From assembly GCA_963770835.1 (NCBI GenBank), contig CAVYRH010000026.1:256001-320000 (forward strand): 64,000 nt of DNA. The letters run 5' to 3'. Shown piece after piece: positions 12,201-23,046 of this stretch. Numbering within the stretch: position 1 is the stretch's first letter; each line of letters begins with the position of its first letter. The position numbers were made by a program, and so were the translations under genes. The stretch is from an uncultured Pseudomonadota bacterium (GTDB taxonomy: Bacteria > Oederibacteriota > Muellerivitia > Muellerivitales > Muellerivitaceae). The notes below the pieces were generated by a model. It made no database searches and had not been told where the DNA came from. It saw only the letters and a list, made by a program, of their open reading frames with translations.

Positions 12201-13662
12201 GACAGCTACTGCCACCAATACCTTGATTAATTCCGCGACACCCACCGATACGCCCACGAATACGGCTACCTCGACTGTCACCGGGTCCGCCACCAATACC
12301 GCCACGAGAACAGCGACCTCCACAGCCACTACTACCGTTACTTTGACTCCGACTTCCACGTCTACTTCCACCCCAACCAAGACTTCAACATCGACGGCAA
12401 CCGGCACAGCCACGAACACGGCTTCTTCAACCCCGACGGCCACAGCAACTGACACCTTGATTAATTCCGCGACACCCACCGATACGCCCACGAATACAGC
12501 CACATCGACCGCCACCGGGTCCGCTACCAATACCCTGACGGCGACCGCATCCGGTAGACCGACGAGTACTACGACCAAGACTCAAACATCCACGCCGACC
12601 AGTACACCCACCGATACCGCGACTTCGAGTCTTACTGCTACAGCCACCGGATCATCGACCAATACACCCACCCGCACAACGACGACAACCCCGACCCATA
12701 GCGCTACTTCTACTGCTACGATGACGGCCACCCTCACAACGTCCAATACAACCATATCGACTCCCACAAACACGCTGGTTAACACAGCCACTCCAACCTT
12801 GACACCAACCCTTACACCGACTCTGACCACCACTTCCACCACCACCCGTACGGTGACATCAACGACAACCGCTACCTCCACGATTACGCCCTCTTCCACA
12901 CCCACGCTGGTGACGGTGGCCGCATCCCAAGGGTCCAATCCGCCGGGGAACTCGAATCAAACCTCCGGGGCAACCAATGTTCTTGTTCAACAGGTTCTGT
13001 TGACGAACCCCAGCACCTCGACGATTAATATGACATCTTTGATTCTTTCGGTGTCGGGGACAGGGAACCCGGCGGACATCACAAGTGTGACGTTATCGGC
13101 CAATGGCGTGTCAATCACCTCAACGACTTTCTCCGGGACGACGGCGACTTTCTCCTTTAGCGGTACCTTACCGCCTTCTTACGGAGTGACTTACACGGTG
13201 ACAGCCAATTTCAGTTCAGGAGCCAGCGGGACCTATACGTTCAGCGTGACGGGGACCAGCGGGAACAACGGGCAGGCGGCGCAGTTCAGCGGGTTGCCGG
13301 TGGCGGGAGCCACGGTCACAGTGACGCATCCGTCTTTCATCCCCACGTCAAGCCCGACGGTGACCCTTACATCCACGCCGGCGGGCAACAACACGGTGCT
13401 GATCTATCCCAATCCGGCCACGGGTTCCAGCGTGAACGTTCTGGCGCCGGCTTACAGCGGCAGCCAGGATGTAAAAGTCGAAATCTTCACCTTGAGTTTC
13501 CGCAAGGTCCTGGACGAAACTTTCCCCAACGTCCTATCGGGAAAAGCCGTGACTATCCAACTGAGGGATCAATGGGGGACGCCCCTGGCGGATGGGCTTT
13601 ATTACGTCATGGTCACGGTGGATGGTAAACGCTCTATGGCGAAACTACTTGTCTTGCGCTGA
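9235..13662 (+). CDS. Secreted GH5 endoglucanase: DUF11-like Ig domain, ~690-aa Thr-rich linker, conserved Ig-like module, T9SS-like CTD
   Basis: IIRLPMNQDYW, ILDLHW, FDLYNEP (acid/base), AAHLY, VFVGEYG (nucleophile). Start placed at TTG 9235 after GGAG, giving a typical signal peptide; the ORF track starts at 9091. Confidence 0.9.
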   Translation: MNRLKFFYLLLVLFASPLLAAPPALQVSGNKVQTSSGCSVLLKGVDVDGLEFSSTGEGPTGGNGGNTVAVAGEAITAWKSNIIRLPMNQDYWFGCEGGDTNGTNYRSIVNSVVTFCANNNAYVILDLHWSGESSTASAPCGSGWGNDASTKQQPMADANAITFWSSVAGIYANNSAVIFDLYNEPYDSGNDNLGPPIVTDTAGYSTWLNGGTLGGASFSTPGMQKLLNAVRSAGAANVCLLGGLHWCANLNGLPASSVTNTGNGVMFAAHLYGDNDGTAAVSWDAEVPSSVLSSYPVFVGEYGPSTSCNTDNSTFDNNMFAWLTGTSGIAGGTAWSMHDSSCPNLLSDWNFDTTSWGTAEKNFLATPVPTCPSGGSPVPTATPTHSPTATPTTVPPSITLTKTTGGPTSGYLENGTAIPMTIMVCNATGSVTANSVTVIDTVTNPLSWSQDGPNYSQWTVTESGVPVTINPMNTSGFPITWVVSNLPGGACVPVNFNVIAYSFNSSDSCQVVSDHGTATWAGGGPATSNTISITIVCNTVTPTPTNTPPIPTSTPTSTATLTPTNSPTSSPTSTATYTATKTTTATPTNTSLNTATNTATKTATVTASNTVTNTPTTTPSYTSTATATNTATSTATNTATKTATATASSTATNTLTATPSSTPTATATNTATSTTTNTPTKTATATASNTATSTATQTLTTTPSNTPTGTFTNSPTSSPTNTTTRTPTATATSTATNTASSTPTATATNTLINTPTATPTNTAAATGTPTDTPTRTATSTATGSATASPTMTGTNTPTGTTTATSTASATNTTTKTSTATTTSTPTNTASSTPTATATNTLINSATPTNTPTRTATSTATSTAANTLTLTPSNSATGTSTNSLTSTPTSTTTKTQTATATGTATPTASSTPTATATNTLINSATPTDTPTNTPSNTPTGTPTRTETSTATGTAISTSTNSPSSTPISTTTKTQTATPTGTATTTVSSTPTATATNTLINSATPTDTPTNTATSTVTGSATNTATRTATSTATTTVTLTPTSTSTSTPTKTSTSTATGTATNTASSTPTATATDTLINSATPTDTPTNTATSTATGSATNTLTATASGRPTSTTTKTQTSTPTSTPTDTATSSLTATATGSSTNTPTRTTTTTPTHSATSTATMTATLTTSNTTISTPTNTLVNTATPTLTPTLTPTLTTTSTTTRTVTSTTTATSTITPSSTPTLVTVAASQGSNPPGNSNQTSGATNVLVQQVLLTNPSTSTINMTSLILSVSGTGNPADITSVTLSANGVSITSTTFSGTTATFSFSGTLPPSYGVTYTVTANFSSGASGTYTFSVTGTSGNNGQAAQFSGLPVAGATVTVTHPSFIPTSSPTVTLTSTPAGNNTVLIYPNPATGSSVNVLAPAYSGSQDVKVEIFTLSFRKVLDETFPNVLSGKAVTIQLRDQWGTPLADGLYYVMVTVDGKRSMAKLLVLR

Positions 13663-13969
13663 TTAGTCTTGATTATTTATTTAAAGAAGGCGGGTTTGGG
13701 GGAAGCCTCTTTGAAAAGTCATTTTTAAGGTCAAAGAGGGTCAGAATGAAATTGTCAAAAAACCAAGAGGCTTTTTGGCTCTTTCCTGACAATGGAGCTT
13801 TCTTTATGATTTCCGTCAGATTTCGACGACACCAGTTAGAATCTTTTATCGATAAACTGAAAACAGGGCGAGGAATAGAAATTGCAGAATTTACAGGATG
13901 ATCATCTTGCGGTACGCTTACGGGGCTCATTGAAATGAGCATTTGAATCCACTCATTATTAGAGGTTTT

Positions 13970-16900
13970 GTGAAAACGCTTTTAAATTTCTTCCAAAAAC
14001 AAAAATGCCTATCGAGCCTAACGGCCGCCCTAGTATTTTCGGCGTCCTCCCTAGCCTTTGGCCAGCACGTTAATTCAGGCGCTGCCGCAAATGATTTTCC
14101 CCACGCAACAAGTGCCGCCAACTATTACAAATACGAAACGATGTATGTTACCGATGTTACCCAAGCCGCGATGAATACGGCGGTTTCCAATATGTATAAC
14201 ACATGGTACGCGGATGCCGTTACTACGGGTGGATCTGGGGGAACAGATAGCTTTGGCACCCAACGTTTAAGGGTTTGGGGTAACTTTACCAATAACGGCA
14301 ATTGCAACGTTTGCACGGTTTCCGAAGGTATCGGGTACGGCATGCTCATTGCCGTCATGATGAATGACCAAACAACCTTTAATGGTATATGGTCCTATGC
14401 CCTGCAGTATATGCCGGATACCGACGGTAGTTTCTTGATGAATTGGATGGTCAATTCCAGCGGAAATGTTACAGGTAACAATGCTGCTACCGACGCGGAT
14501 GAAGATATGTGCATGGCCCTATTGATGGCCGACAAGGTTTGGGGTTCAACCGGAAATTATAATTACAGATCCAATTTTCAAAATATGCTGAACGCGATCT
14601 GGTCGAGAGAAGTGGACGTAAACGGGAACGCTTTCGTGAACCCGGGGGACGCCTACTCAAGCCCAGTTTATTCCAGTTACATGACTCCCCAATGGTACAA
14701 CTGCTGGAACGAATCGGGCATTGACGCCAACAACCACAATTGGGCTTCTATCTCTAATTGGGTTTACAACACCTATTATGGAAGCAACTACTCGAACGGC
14801 TTCGTGCCCGATACTCAGGGCAGTTCCCAGATGATGAACGACGCATCCCGTTACCCCATTCGTCTTGGCCTGGATTATCTTTACAACGGAACGGCCAAGG
14901 CCGGGACGCAGGTCCAGACTTTTGCCAGTGCCGTCGAGACGGGTGTCAACGCTAACGGCTATAGCGGGGCAAGCGGTGAAATTCAAAGCGGTTGGAATAT
15001 CTCGAACGGGAGCGTGGTGGGCCCGGCCAATAGTTCGGTGCAAATGGCCGGAGTAGTGGTGTCCGCCATGTGTTTGCCCAGTAACACGGCCAACCAAAAT
15101 TACCTAAACGGCGCCTGGGCCGCCATGCAGCCGGGAGCATCCGGGGGCTTTGCCAATCCTAATCAGGGAGGTTTTGAGTATTTCCAGGACACCCTTTGCG
15201 TGATCGGTGGGCTGATTGGCTCGGGCAATTTTCCGAATATAGTTTGCGGCACGCCGCCTTGCGGAAGTTTCACCTGCACGCCTATTCCAACAGCCACTCC
15301 CCAGGCCTGTTACATGGTTTCGGATGACGTGGATGATACTTCCCAAAACCACCTGAATGGCTATTGGTTCACTTACGCCTATGCCAGCCAAGCCAATACC
15401 CCGGTCACCACTCCCGAAATATCCTGGGTCTTTCCCGCCGCCGACATCGTTGACGGAACCGTTTACGTTCCTGGGGAAACCTCTTCGGATAGTGTTTCGG
15501 GTTTCTGCAACCTCAACGGTGAATCCATCACAGCCACGATAGGCGGCAAGGCGGTTACGGGTGATGTTTACGCCGGATACGCCTTGGGAACGCAAATGAC
15601 AGGCTATTCAAACTTGACCAACATGACTAATGTTAGCTTCTATGTCAGGGCGAGTTCGATTCCGGCTACGATCCAGTTCACCTTGTACAACCCGAACATC
15701 GATTTCGCGGCCTCGGGCGGAGTCGGAAATTCAAACCAATACGGGGTTGTCATTCCCATCACCGCCGCCAATACCTGGCAGTTTTGTTCTTTTGCCGGTA
15801 CGGGGACAATCCTTAACCACGCCGCTTGGGGCCCGGCGATAGGGGCTGCTCCCGGCGCAAACGGAGCCCTCAACCCCGGCGGCGCCGCCACCACTTACAC
15901 CTACGCCATGGCGGTGAGCAATATTCAAAATCTCGAGTGGCAGACGGCCGCCCCCGTTTCCACGATGATCAACTATAAGTATTGGGTGAGCCAAGTCTGT
16001 ATCGCGGGAACCAACTGGCAGTCGCCCACGCCTTTGCCCACGTCCACACCGGTGGTAACGGTTGTTCCGACCGGGACTCCGACGGGAACCCCTACGAAGA
16101 CGGCGACCAATAGCCCCACTTCTTCTCCCACATTTACAGTCACACCCTCTCCTACCAATAGCCCGACCCGCACCCCGACCTTTACCACGACGGCCAGCCC
16201 GACGAATACCATCGGCAATACGGCTACGAATACCGCCACTTCCACGGCCACAAATAGCGTCACCAGCACGAACACCAGCAGCCCCACTAAAACCACCACT
16301 CTGACCCCCTCTAATACCCCCACTAGCACATTGGCCAATACGGCCACTAATACCTCCACCTCCACCGCCACGAGCACCGTCACCAACACGGCTACTTCCA
16401 GCGCCACGCGCACCGCAACCTTCACTCCGACCGCGACGACCACCAATACCTTAGCTAATACGGCTACCAATACCGCCACCGCCACTACAACGAACACGGC
16501 CACCAACACGGCTACTTCCAGCCCCACCCGCACCGCAACTTTTACCGCGACCGCGACGACCACGAACACACTGGCCAACACGGCCACCAATACCACAACG
16601 TCTACCGCGACCTTTACCGCAACCTACACCCCCACCTTGACGCCCAGCTTTACCCCGAGCTCGACCACCACCAAAACACCCACGGCCACCATCACGAGTA
16701 CCCCCACCGATACCGGCACGTCGACGCCGAGTCCCACCGGTACCCTTCCCACGGCCACCGATACCGCCACCCTTACCCCGAGTTCCACGCCGACCTTGAC
16801 GGCCACCAAAACCTCCACCTCCACGTCCACCGAAACGCCTACCGATTCGGCCACTTCGACGGCCACCCGCACGGCGACCTTGACCACTACGAATACGCCG

Positions 16901-18094
16901 ACTTCCTCCACGACTGCCACCCCGACGTTTACGGCGACATCAACCCCCACAAACACCTTGGCGAATACGGCCACCTCTACCGCAACCTCGACCCCGACCG
17001 CTACTTTGGTCAATACGGGAACTCCCACCTCGACCGCCACCCTTACGCCGACCTTCACCCCAACCCGGACGGCCACATCCACCGCCACCCTCACCACAAC
17101 CAACAGCGCCACTTACACCGCCACATTGACATCCACCCGAACCCCATCCAATACACCGACCGGCACTCCGACGAACACTTTGATCAACACGGGCACACCC
17201 ACCCAGACCACAACCGCTACCGCCACGCTTACCCCCACGAACACCCAAACCACGACTTCCACGGCAACCGCCACCCCGACGAATACCCTTGTGAATACAG
17301 CCACCCCGACCACTACGCCTTCCTCGACACCCACTGCGGTAACAGTGGCGGCATCCCAAGGATCCAACCCGCCGGGCAACTCGAACCAACTGTCCGGGTC
17401 CACCAATGTGGCGGTTCAACAGGTTCTCATGACAAACACCAGCAGCACTTCGACGATCAACATGACGGGATTAAGCCTCACGGTGACAGGAACGGGGAAC
17501 CCGGCAGACATCACGGGAGTGACGTTATGGGCGAACGGGGTGTCGATTACTTCAGCGACCTTCGCAGGAACGATGGCGACTTTCGTCTTCAACGAGACTC
17601 TCCTGCCCTCTGCGGGAGTGACTTATACGGCGACGGCTAATTTTGGGTCGAACGCCAACGGAACCTATGGCTTCAGCATGACAGGGGCAAGTGGAACTAA
17701 CGGCCAGGCGGCGCAGTTCAGCGGGTTGCCGGTGGCGGGAGCCACGGTCACAGTGACGCATCCGACTGTCACCCCCACGTCCAGCCCGACACTGACGATC
17801 ACTTCGACGCCCCAGGCGGTTACGACACCGATTGTTTTCCCCAACCCCTCCAGCGGGGGACCGGTCAATGTCATGCCGACGGCTTACACGGGCACGGCGG
17901 ACGTTAAGGTCCAGATATTCACCACGGCCTTCCGGAAGGTGCAGGAGAAGCCATATCCCTCACTGCCCTACGGCCCGATCAAGATTTACATGCAAGATGA
18001 TTGGGGAACCCCCTTGGCCAGCGGCCTTTACTACGTCGTCATCACCGTTAACAGCCACCAACGTTCCATCGCAAAACTCCTCTTACTGCGCTGA
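13970..18094 (+). CDS. Secreted GH8 glycoside hydrolase with CBM-like beta-sandwich, Thr-rich linker, Ig-like module and CTD
   Basis: TVSEGIGYGML, FNGIWSY, LMNW, ATDADEDMCMALLMADKVWG, DASRYPIR. GTG start at 13970 after AGAGG; the ORF track starts at 13943. Confidence 0.88.
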   Translation: MKTLLNFFQKQKCLSSLTAALVFSASSLAFGQHVNSGAAANDFPHATSAANYYKYETMYVTDVTQAAMNTAVSNMYNTWYADAVTTGGSGGTDSFGTQRLRVWGNFTNNGNCNVCTVSEGIGYGMLIAVMMNDQTTFNGIWSYALQYMPDTDGSFLMNWMVNSSGNVTGNNAATDADEDMCMALLMADKVWGSTGNYNYRSNFQNMLNAIWSREVDVNGNAFVNPGDAYSSPVYSSYMTPQWYNCWNESGIDANNHNWASISNWVYNTYYGSNYSNGFVPDTQGSSQMMNDASRYPIRLGLDYLYNGTAKAGTQVQTFASAVETGVNANGYSGASGEIQSGWNISNGSVVGPANSSVQMAGVVVSAMCLPSNTANQNYLNGAWAAMQPGASGGFANPNQGGFEYFQDTLCVIGGLIGSGNFPNIVCGTPPCGSFTCTPIPTATPQACYMVSDDVDDTSQNHLNGYWFTYAYASQANTPVTTPEISWVFPAADIVDGTVYVPGETSSDSVSGFCNLNGESITATIGGKAVTGDVYAGYALGTQMTGYSNLTNMTNVSFYVRASSIPATIQFTLYNPNIDFAASGGVGNSNQYGVVIPITAANTWQFCSFAGTGTILNHAAWGPAIGAAPGANGALNPGGAATTYTYAMAVSNIQNLEWQTAAPVSTMINYKYWVSQVCIAGTNWQSPTPLPTSTPVVTVVPTGTPTGTPTKTATNSPTSSPTFTVTPSPTNSPTRTPTFTTTASPTNTIGNTATNTATSTATNSVTSTNTSSPTKTTTLTPSNTPTSTLANTATNTSTSTATSTVTNTATSSATRTATFTPTATTTNTLANTATNTATATTTNTATNTATSSPTRTATFTATATTTNTLANTATNTTTSTATFTATYTPTLTPSFTPSSTTTKTPTATITSTPTDTGTSTPSPTGTLPTATDTATLTPSSTPTLTATKTSTSTSTETPTDSATSTATRTATLTTTNTPTSSTTATPTFTATSTPTNTLANTATSTATSTPTATLVNTGTPTSTATLTPTFTPTRTATSTATLTTTNSATYTATLTSTRTPSNTPTGTPTNTLINTGTPTQTTTATATLTPTNTQTTTSTATATPTNTLVNTATPTTTPSSTPTAVTVAASQGSNPPGNSNQLSGSTNVAVQQVLMTNTSSTSTINMTGLSLTVTGTGNPADITGVTLWANGVSITSATFAGTMATFVFNETLLPSAGVTYTATANFGSNANGTYGFSMTGASGTNGQAAQFSGLPVAGATVTVTHPTVTPTSSPTLTITSTPQAVTTPIVFPNPSSGGPVNVMPTAYTGTADVKVQIFTTAFRKVQEKPYPSLPYGPIKIYMQDDWGTPLASGLYYVVITVNSHQRSIAKLLLLR

Positions 18095-18228
18095 TCTTTT
18101 CTGGGTTTTCGAAGAACCCCACGTGTCTTTCAATAACCGCCTGATTCCCCCAAAAAGAGATAAAATATTGACCTAGGCGCGAGTTTTGCAATTTCACCTA
18201 AAAACGATAAAAGCCGGGGCTTGGCGGA

Positions 18229-21200
18229 ATGAAATCCCCTCTTAAAAAATTTTTCCCATGGTTGCCGGGACTGGTGGTGGGATTGTGGCCCACCGGGGTT
18301 TTCGCCGCGACCATCGCGGGCCACATCAAAATCGACAATTTCGGCTACCGCACTACCGACACAAAAATAGCCTATTTCACCCAGAACCCCGGGACGACCG
18401 TCGGGGTCTACAACGCCAGCACCAGCGTCTTGGCCTATTCCGTTCCGGCGGCGAACATCACTGGCCCTTTCACCGATTCCGGCGCCACCACTTGGATCTC
18501 CGGCGACACGGTATGGCGGGCGGACTTCTCCTCCTTCACCACGCCGGGAACCTATTACATCCTTTCCACCAGCCTGAACGAGATCTCCTACAACTTCCAG
18601 ATCAGCGATTGCATCTATCAGGCTCCCATGACCGCGACGCTAAAGGCCCTTTATTACCAAAGATGCGGATGCGCCAAGCCGGCCCAATACGCGGGGGCAA
18701 ACTGGGCCGACAGCTCCGCCTGCCACACGCAGGACGCCGCCTGTGCGCCCGCGCCCGGATGCACCTTCCCCAATAACTACGGCACCTTGAACCTGGAGGG
18801 CGGATGGCACGACGCGGGGGACTACAATAAGTACATCGGATCGACTCCCTCGGGTTCCTGCCAGAGCTGGGGAGGGGACTCGGGGGAAGCCATCCACGAC
18901 CTGATGACCGCCTACGAGTGGAACCCCACGCTCTACGCAGGCCTCTCCTCCAACATCCCCGAATCGGGCAACGGCAACCCCGACATCCTCAACGAAGCCA
19001 AATGGGAGCTGGACTGGTACCTAAAGATGCAGATGACCGACAACCATGTTTTGTCGGTGGTGCACCAGACCGTCTACACCACGGGCTCGCCGCCCTCCAC
19101 CGACACCACGACGCGCTACTATTACCCTCCCAACGGCGACGGGGAGGCCCAGTTCGTAGCCATGCTTTCCCACTCGGGGCGGGTCATGTCCACCGTGCCG
19201 GGGATGGCCAACTACGCCGTCACCCTGAGGACTGCCGCGGAAAAAACCTGGAACGCCTATTCCACTACCTGGACCAGCGATGATTTCAAGTTTTGGGCTG
19301 CCGCGGAAATCTTCCGCATGGAGGAGGCCTTGGGCGGGCCGGCTTCCATCATCTCGGCCGCCCAGTCCTTTGTGGACAACTATCAAACCTGGAGCACGCC
19401 CTTTTACCTGAACGAGGACAAGCTCCAGCAGAATTGGGGCATGCTGGCTTATATGCAGGCCACCAATGCCACGACGTCGGTGGTCGGCTACATGAAAACC
19501 TCCTGGGGCAACCTCATGAACGACCTCTTTGGCCAGGACGACGTCTATCATTCGGGCATGCACACCTACGACTATTATTGGGGCGCGGATGAAGTGAAGA
19601 TGAACTACGCCATGGAGCTCCTTTGGGCCGCCAAACTTGGCGCCACGGGGACCCACACCGCCGCCCAATGCACTCAGCACGCCGAGGACTTCCTGCATTA
19701 CATGAACGGCGCCAACCCCATCAACATGACCCTGATGACCAACTCGGCCGCCATCGGCGCCTCCCATGGCATTTGGCGCATCTATCATTCCTGGTTCGGG
19801 AACTACGGAGTCACCTTCTCCTTCAACAACTTCATCGGAAAACCTGCTTCGGTGGTGGATCCCCTCTATCCCTATTATTCAGGGACGGATAATTTCGGCA
19901 TCAGCGATAGCGGCCCCTCTACTTACGGCCCTCCTCCGGGGATCGTCCCGGACGGGCCCAGCGACGGGTATTTCCAACAGCCAGGAAAATCCATACCACC
20001 CCTCCTAGCTGGTGGAGCGGAACCCCCTTATGAAAAAGATTACCGGGATTGGGATTGGGTAGACCCCAACGGCAACCAGTCCATTCCCTGGGTCGTGAAC
20101 GAAACGGGCCTTTATTACACGGCTTCCTACATGGTCGTGGCATCGGCCTTCACCAATGCCTGCTCCATCCCGGCGACTTCTACCCCCACTTCAACTGCCA
20201 CACTCACACCCACGAAAACGCCGACCGCTACCCCAAGCCTAACCCCTACTTTTACGGTGACCTTGAGCCCGACTTTGACGGCTTCTTTTACTGTCACGAA
20301 CACCACCACCAAGACCGCTACTTTGACGGCCACTTCGACGCCTACGAACACCACTACCAATAGCCCCACTCAAACCACCACCTCGACTCCGACGGCTACC
20401 AATACCCTTGCCAATACGGGTACGCCTACCTCCACCACCACCAAGACCGCCACTGCAACCGCTACCTCAACGGCTACCAATACTTCCACCAATAGTCCCA
20501 CCCAGACAACTACCTTAACTCCGACGGCAACGGTCACCAATACGCTAGCCAATACGGGTACGCCCACTTCCACCGCGACCAAGACCGCCACCAACAGCCC
20601 CACCCGCACCGCAAGCTATACAACCACCGCAACGCCAACAAATACCTCCCTCAATACGCCCACTAATACTCCCACATCCACGCCCAGCTTTACCTCCACC
20701 AGCACTACGACAGCCACGGCCACTAATACCGTGACCTCCACCGACACCAAGACTCCCACGGCTACAATTACGAATACGCCGACCGATAGCGGAACGCCGA
20801 CGCTCACGGCGACCGGGACCATCCCTACGGCTACCAATACGCCCAGCTTCACTCCCAGTTCCACTCCCACCATGACGGGCACCAATACAGCCAGTTCCAC
20901 CGCCACCAACACGACCACGAACTCAACTACCCCGACGGTCACCCGCACGGCCACTGCCACGACTACCAACACGCCTACCTTTACGACGACGTTGACCCTC
21001 ACGAATAGTGCCACCTCTACGTTGACGGCTACGCCGTCAAATACTGCTTCAGGCACCGCCACCGCGACGACCACGCTCACAGCGTCCCATACACCGACTG
21101 GCACCCCCACCAACACCCTCGTCAACACGGGCACGCCCACCCATACGGCGACCCTTTCACCCAGTTCCACTGCCACTCTCACCACGACCAATAGCGCTAC

Positions 21201-22083
21201 TTCTAGCGCAACCGCCACCCCCACGAATACCCTCGTGAACACGGCCACTCTGACCAGCACGCCTTCCGCGACGCCAACTGCGGTGACGGTGGCGGCATCC
21301 CAAGGCTCCAACCCGCCAGGCAATTCGGACCAATTGCCTGGGGCCACCAATGTGGCGGTTCAGCAGGTTCTATTGACGAACCCCAGCAACACGTCGGCGA
21401 TCAACATGACGGGATTGACGATGTCGGTAACGGGAACAGGCAACCTGGCGGATATCACGGGTTTAACTTTGTCGGCCAATGGCGTGTCGATCACCGCAAC
21501 GACCTTCACAGGGACGACGGCGACCTTCTCGCTTAGTGGGACTATCCCGCCCTCTTTGGGCGTGACTTATACCGTGACGGCTGATTTTGGAGTGAATGCC
21601 AGCGGAACCTACGCATTTAGCGCGACGGGAGCCAGCGGGAACAACGGGCAGGCGACGCAATTCAGCGGCTTGCCGGTGGCGGGGGCCATAGTCACGGTGG
21701 CGCATGCGACGTCCACCCCCACGATGACCCCCAGCCTTACGCCTAGTGTCACACCTACTTTGACTTTGACGGCCCCGCTGACTAATACTCCAACGCCCCA
21801 CCCATTAGCGACCCGGGTGGTCCTGTATCCCAACCCCTCGAGCGGCACCGAACCCCTCTTCATCGCCGTTCCTTTAACCGCCCCCGCCGACGTCAAGGTG
21901 CAAATTTTCACGACCGCCTTCCGCAAGGTTCAGGAAAAAACTTATCCAAGCCAACCGGTTGACATTCCGGTTTCCATCACCTTAAACGACAGGGAAGGGG
22001 TACCCCTCGCCAGCGGGCTTTATTACGTGGTAGTCACCGTGAACGGTCAAAGGACCATCTCCAAACTGCTCATTCTCAGGTAA
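18229..22083 (+). CDS. Secreted GH9 endoglucanase with N-terminal Ig-like (CelD_N) domain, Thr-rich linker, Ig-like module and CTD
   Basis: IDNFGY...[14 protein letters not shown]g domain, [34 protein letters not shown]-terminal catalytic NE in [12 protein letters not shown]. Confidence 0.92.
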   Translation: MKSPLKKFFPWLPGLVVGLWPTGVFAATIAGHIKIDNFGYRTTDTKIAYFTQNPGTTVGVYNASTSVLAYSVPAANITGPFTDSGATTWISGDTVWRADFSSFTTPGTYYILSTSLNEISYNFQISDCIYQAPMTATLKALYYQRCGCAKPAQYAGANWADSSACHTQDAACAPAPGCTFPNNYGTLNLEGGWHDAGDYNKYIGSTPSGSCQSWGGDSGEAIHDLMTAYEWNPTLYAGLSSNIPESGNGNPDILNEAKWELDWYLKMQMTDNHVLSVVHQTVYTTGSPPSTDTTTRYYYPPNGDGEAQFVAMLSHSGRVMSTVPGMANYAVTLRTAAEKTWNAYSTTWTSDDFKFWAAAEIFRMEEALGGPASIISAAQSFVDNYQTWSTPFYLNEDKLQQNWGMLAYMQATNATTSVVGYMKTSWGNLMNDLFGQDDVYHSGMHTYDYYWGADEVKMNYAMELLWAAKLGATGTHTAAQCTQHAEDFLHYMNGANPINMTLMTNSAAIGASHGIWRIYHSWFGNYGVTFSFNNFIGKPASVVDPLYPYYSGTDNFGISDSGPSTYGPPPGIVPDGPSDGYFQQPGKSIPPLLAGGAEPPYEKDYRDWDWVDPNGNQSIPWVVNETGLYYTASYMVVASAFTNACSIPATSTPTSTATLTPTKTPTATPSLTPTFTVTLSPTLTASFTVTNTTTKTATLTATSTPTNTTTNSPTQTTTSTPTATNTLANTGTPTSTTTKTATATATSTATNTSTNSPTQTTTLTPTATVTNTLANTGTPTSTATKTATNSPTRTASYTTTATPTNTSLNTPTNTPTSTPSFTSTSTTTATATNTVTSTDTKTPTATITNTPTDSGTPTLTATGTIPTATNTPSFTPSSTPTMTGTNTASSTATNTTTNSTTPTVTRTATATTTNTPTFTTTLTLTNSATSTLTATPSNTASGTATATTTLTASHTPTGTPTNTLVNTGTPTHTATLSPSSTATLTTTNSATSSATATPTNTLVNTATLTSTPSATPTAVTVAASQGSNPPGNSDQLPGATNVAVQQVLLTNPSNTSAINMTGLTMSVTGTGNLADITGLTLSANGVSITATTFTGTTATFSLSGTIPPSLGVTYTVTADFGVNASGTYAFSATGASGNNGQATQFSGLPVAGAIVTVAHATSTPTMTPSLTPSVTPTLTLTAPLTNTPTPHPLATRVVLYPNPSSGTEPLFIAVPLTAPADVKVQIFTTAFRKVQEKTYPSQPVDIPVSITLNDREGVPLASGLYYVVVTVNGQRTISKLLILR

Positions 22084-22233
22084 GGCCCCGAAATTTATCC
22101 CCAACCTAATTGATCCGTTTAAGCTCCCAAAAAACGAAAGCGGATAAATGATTGGAATCCCGTTAAAGCAAAAGCCCCGGCGACGTAAGATGGTGGCCGG
22201 TTTAAAACCGCTTTCGCTTTTTTTGCAACCCGG

Positions 22234-22261
22234 GGAATAAACCGAAGAAAACCAGGACTAA
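22234..22261 (+). promoter_or_regulatory. Putative ECF-sigma (autoregulatory) promoter GGAATA-N17-ACTAA
   Basis: The same two elements with the same 17-nt spacing occur upstream of the second ECF gene (51395-51422). Confidence 0.65.
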
Positions 22262-22277
22262 TAAAGGAGCGTGCCGG

Positions 22278-22862
22278 TTGGACGAAAAGGAGCTGGTGGA
22301 AAAAATCCTCCGGGGGGATGAGGCGGCCAAGGGGCGCTTTTTCGAGGCCTATAAGGACCAGCTATACCGGGTGAGCTGCAACTTCCTGGGCTACAGGGAC
22401 CCGGACGCGGAGGACGTAGTGCAGGAAACCTTCCTCACGGCCTTCCAGAAGCTGGGGGACTTCGAGTTCCGCTCGTCCCTGTCCACCTGGCTGACGCGGA
22501 TCTGTATCTACAAAACCTATCAGCGCATCGAGAAAAGGCACCGCGACCTGGTGAGGGCCCACGAAGACCTTGAAATCCTCACCCGCCCGGCGGCGATCAA
22601 GGCCCTCGGCGACCAGGAAGAGGGGGACCACCGCCGGGAACGTATGGACCTGATCGCCCGGTGCCTAGACAGGCTTAAAAAGCAGTGCCAGGAAATCCTG
22701 AAGCTCCGGGATATGGAAGGCGAGAGCTATAGTGTGATCGGAAAGAAATTGAAACTGCCCATCGGGACGGTCATGAGCCGGCTTTCCCGGTGCAAGGAAG
22801 CCTTAAAGGCCCTGGTGAAGGGCGAATTGGAAGGGAATAAGAATGGCGGAGCAAGAGGATAA
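22278..22862 (+). CDS. ECF RNA polymerase sigma-70 factor (cassette 1)
   Basis: Region 2 DAEDVVQETFL...FRSSLSTWLTRI and region 4 SYSVIGKKLKLPIGTVMSRLSR. AAGGAG RBS before a TTG start. Confidence 0.95.
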   Translation: MDEKELVEKILRGDEAAKGRFFEAYKDQLYRVSCNFLGYRDPDAEDVVQETFLTAFQKLGDFEFRSSLSTWLTRICIYKTYQRIEKRHRDLVRAHEDLEILTRPAAIKALGDQEEGDHRRERMDLIARCLDRLKKQCQEILKLRDMEGESYSVIGKKLKLPIGTVMSRLSRCKEALKALVKGELEGNKNGGARG

Positions 22863-23046
22863 CCTTTGGGGTCGGCCCCTGGGGCCTTCCGAATCCATCC
22901 GTTTGTCCCTCGACCTGGAGAAGGCCTCGTCGCAGGAGGAAAAGATGGAAGTCCTGGCCGAACTGTTCTTTGGTTTCAACCAAAGCCAGGTTCTGGATGG
23001 ACCGGTGGACGGCGCTGAACCCCCCGGCGCCAAAGGAAAACCATGA
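22843..23046 (+). CDS. Small (67 aa) protein resembling a stand-alone anti-sigma N-terminal domain
   Basis: Overlaps the sigma 3' end and couples to the next gene through ATGA. RPLGPSESIRLSLDLE aligns with RDLSPEESDLLARTLE of the downstream anti-sigma. Confidence 0.55.
   Translation: MAEQEDNLWGRPLGPSESIRLSLDLEKASSQEEKMEVLAELFFGFNQSQVLDGPVDGAEPPGAKGKP

Noticed and set aside
10845..12910. Repetitive DNA that might be a CRISPR array or tandem-repeat locus
   Set aside because: The repeats are degenerate, in-frame and protein-coding, with no constant repeat and unique spacer pattern and no cas genes.
22110..22205. GCAAAAGCCCCGG...ATGGTGGCCGG upstream of the first ECF gene, faintly like a c-di-GMP-I riboswitch 3' half
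   Set aside because: I could not find the GNRA-capped stem or the 5' conserved elements. An Infernal/Rfam search would be needed.
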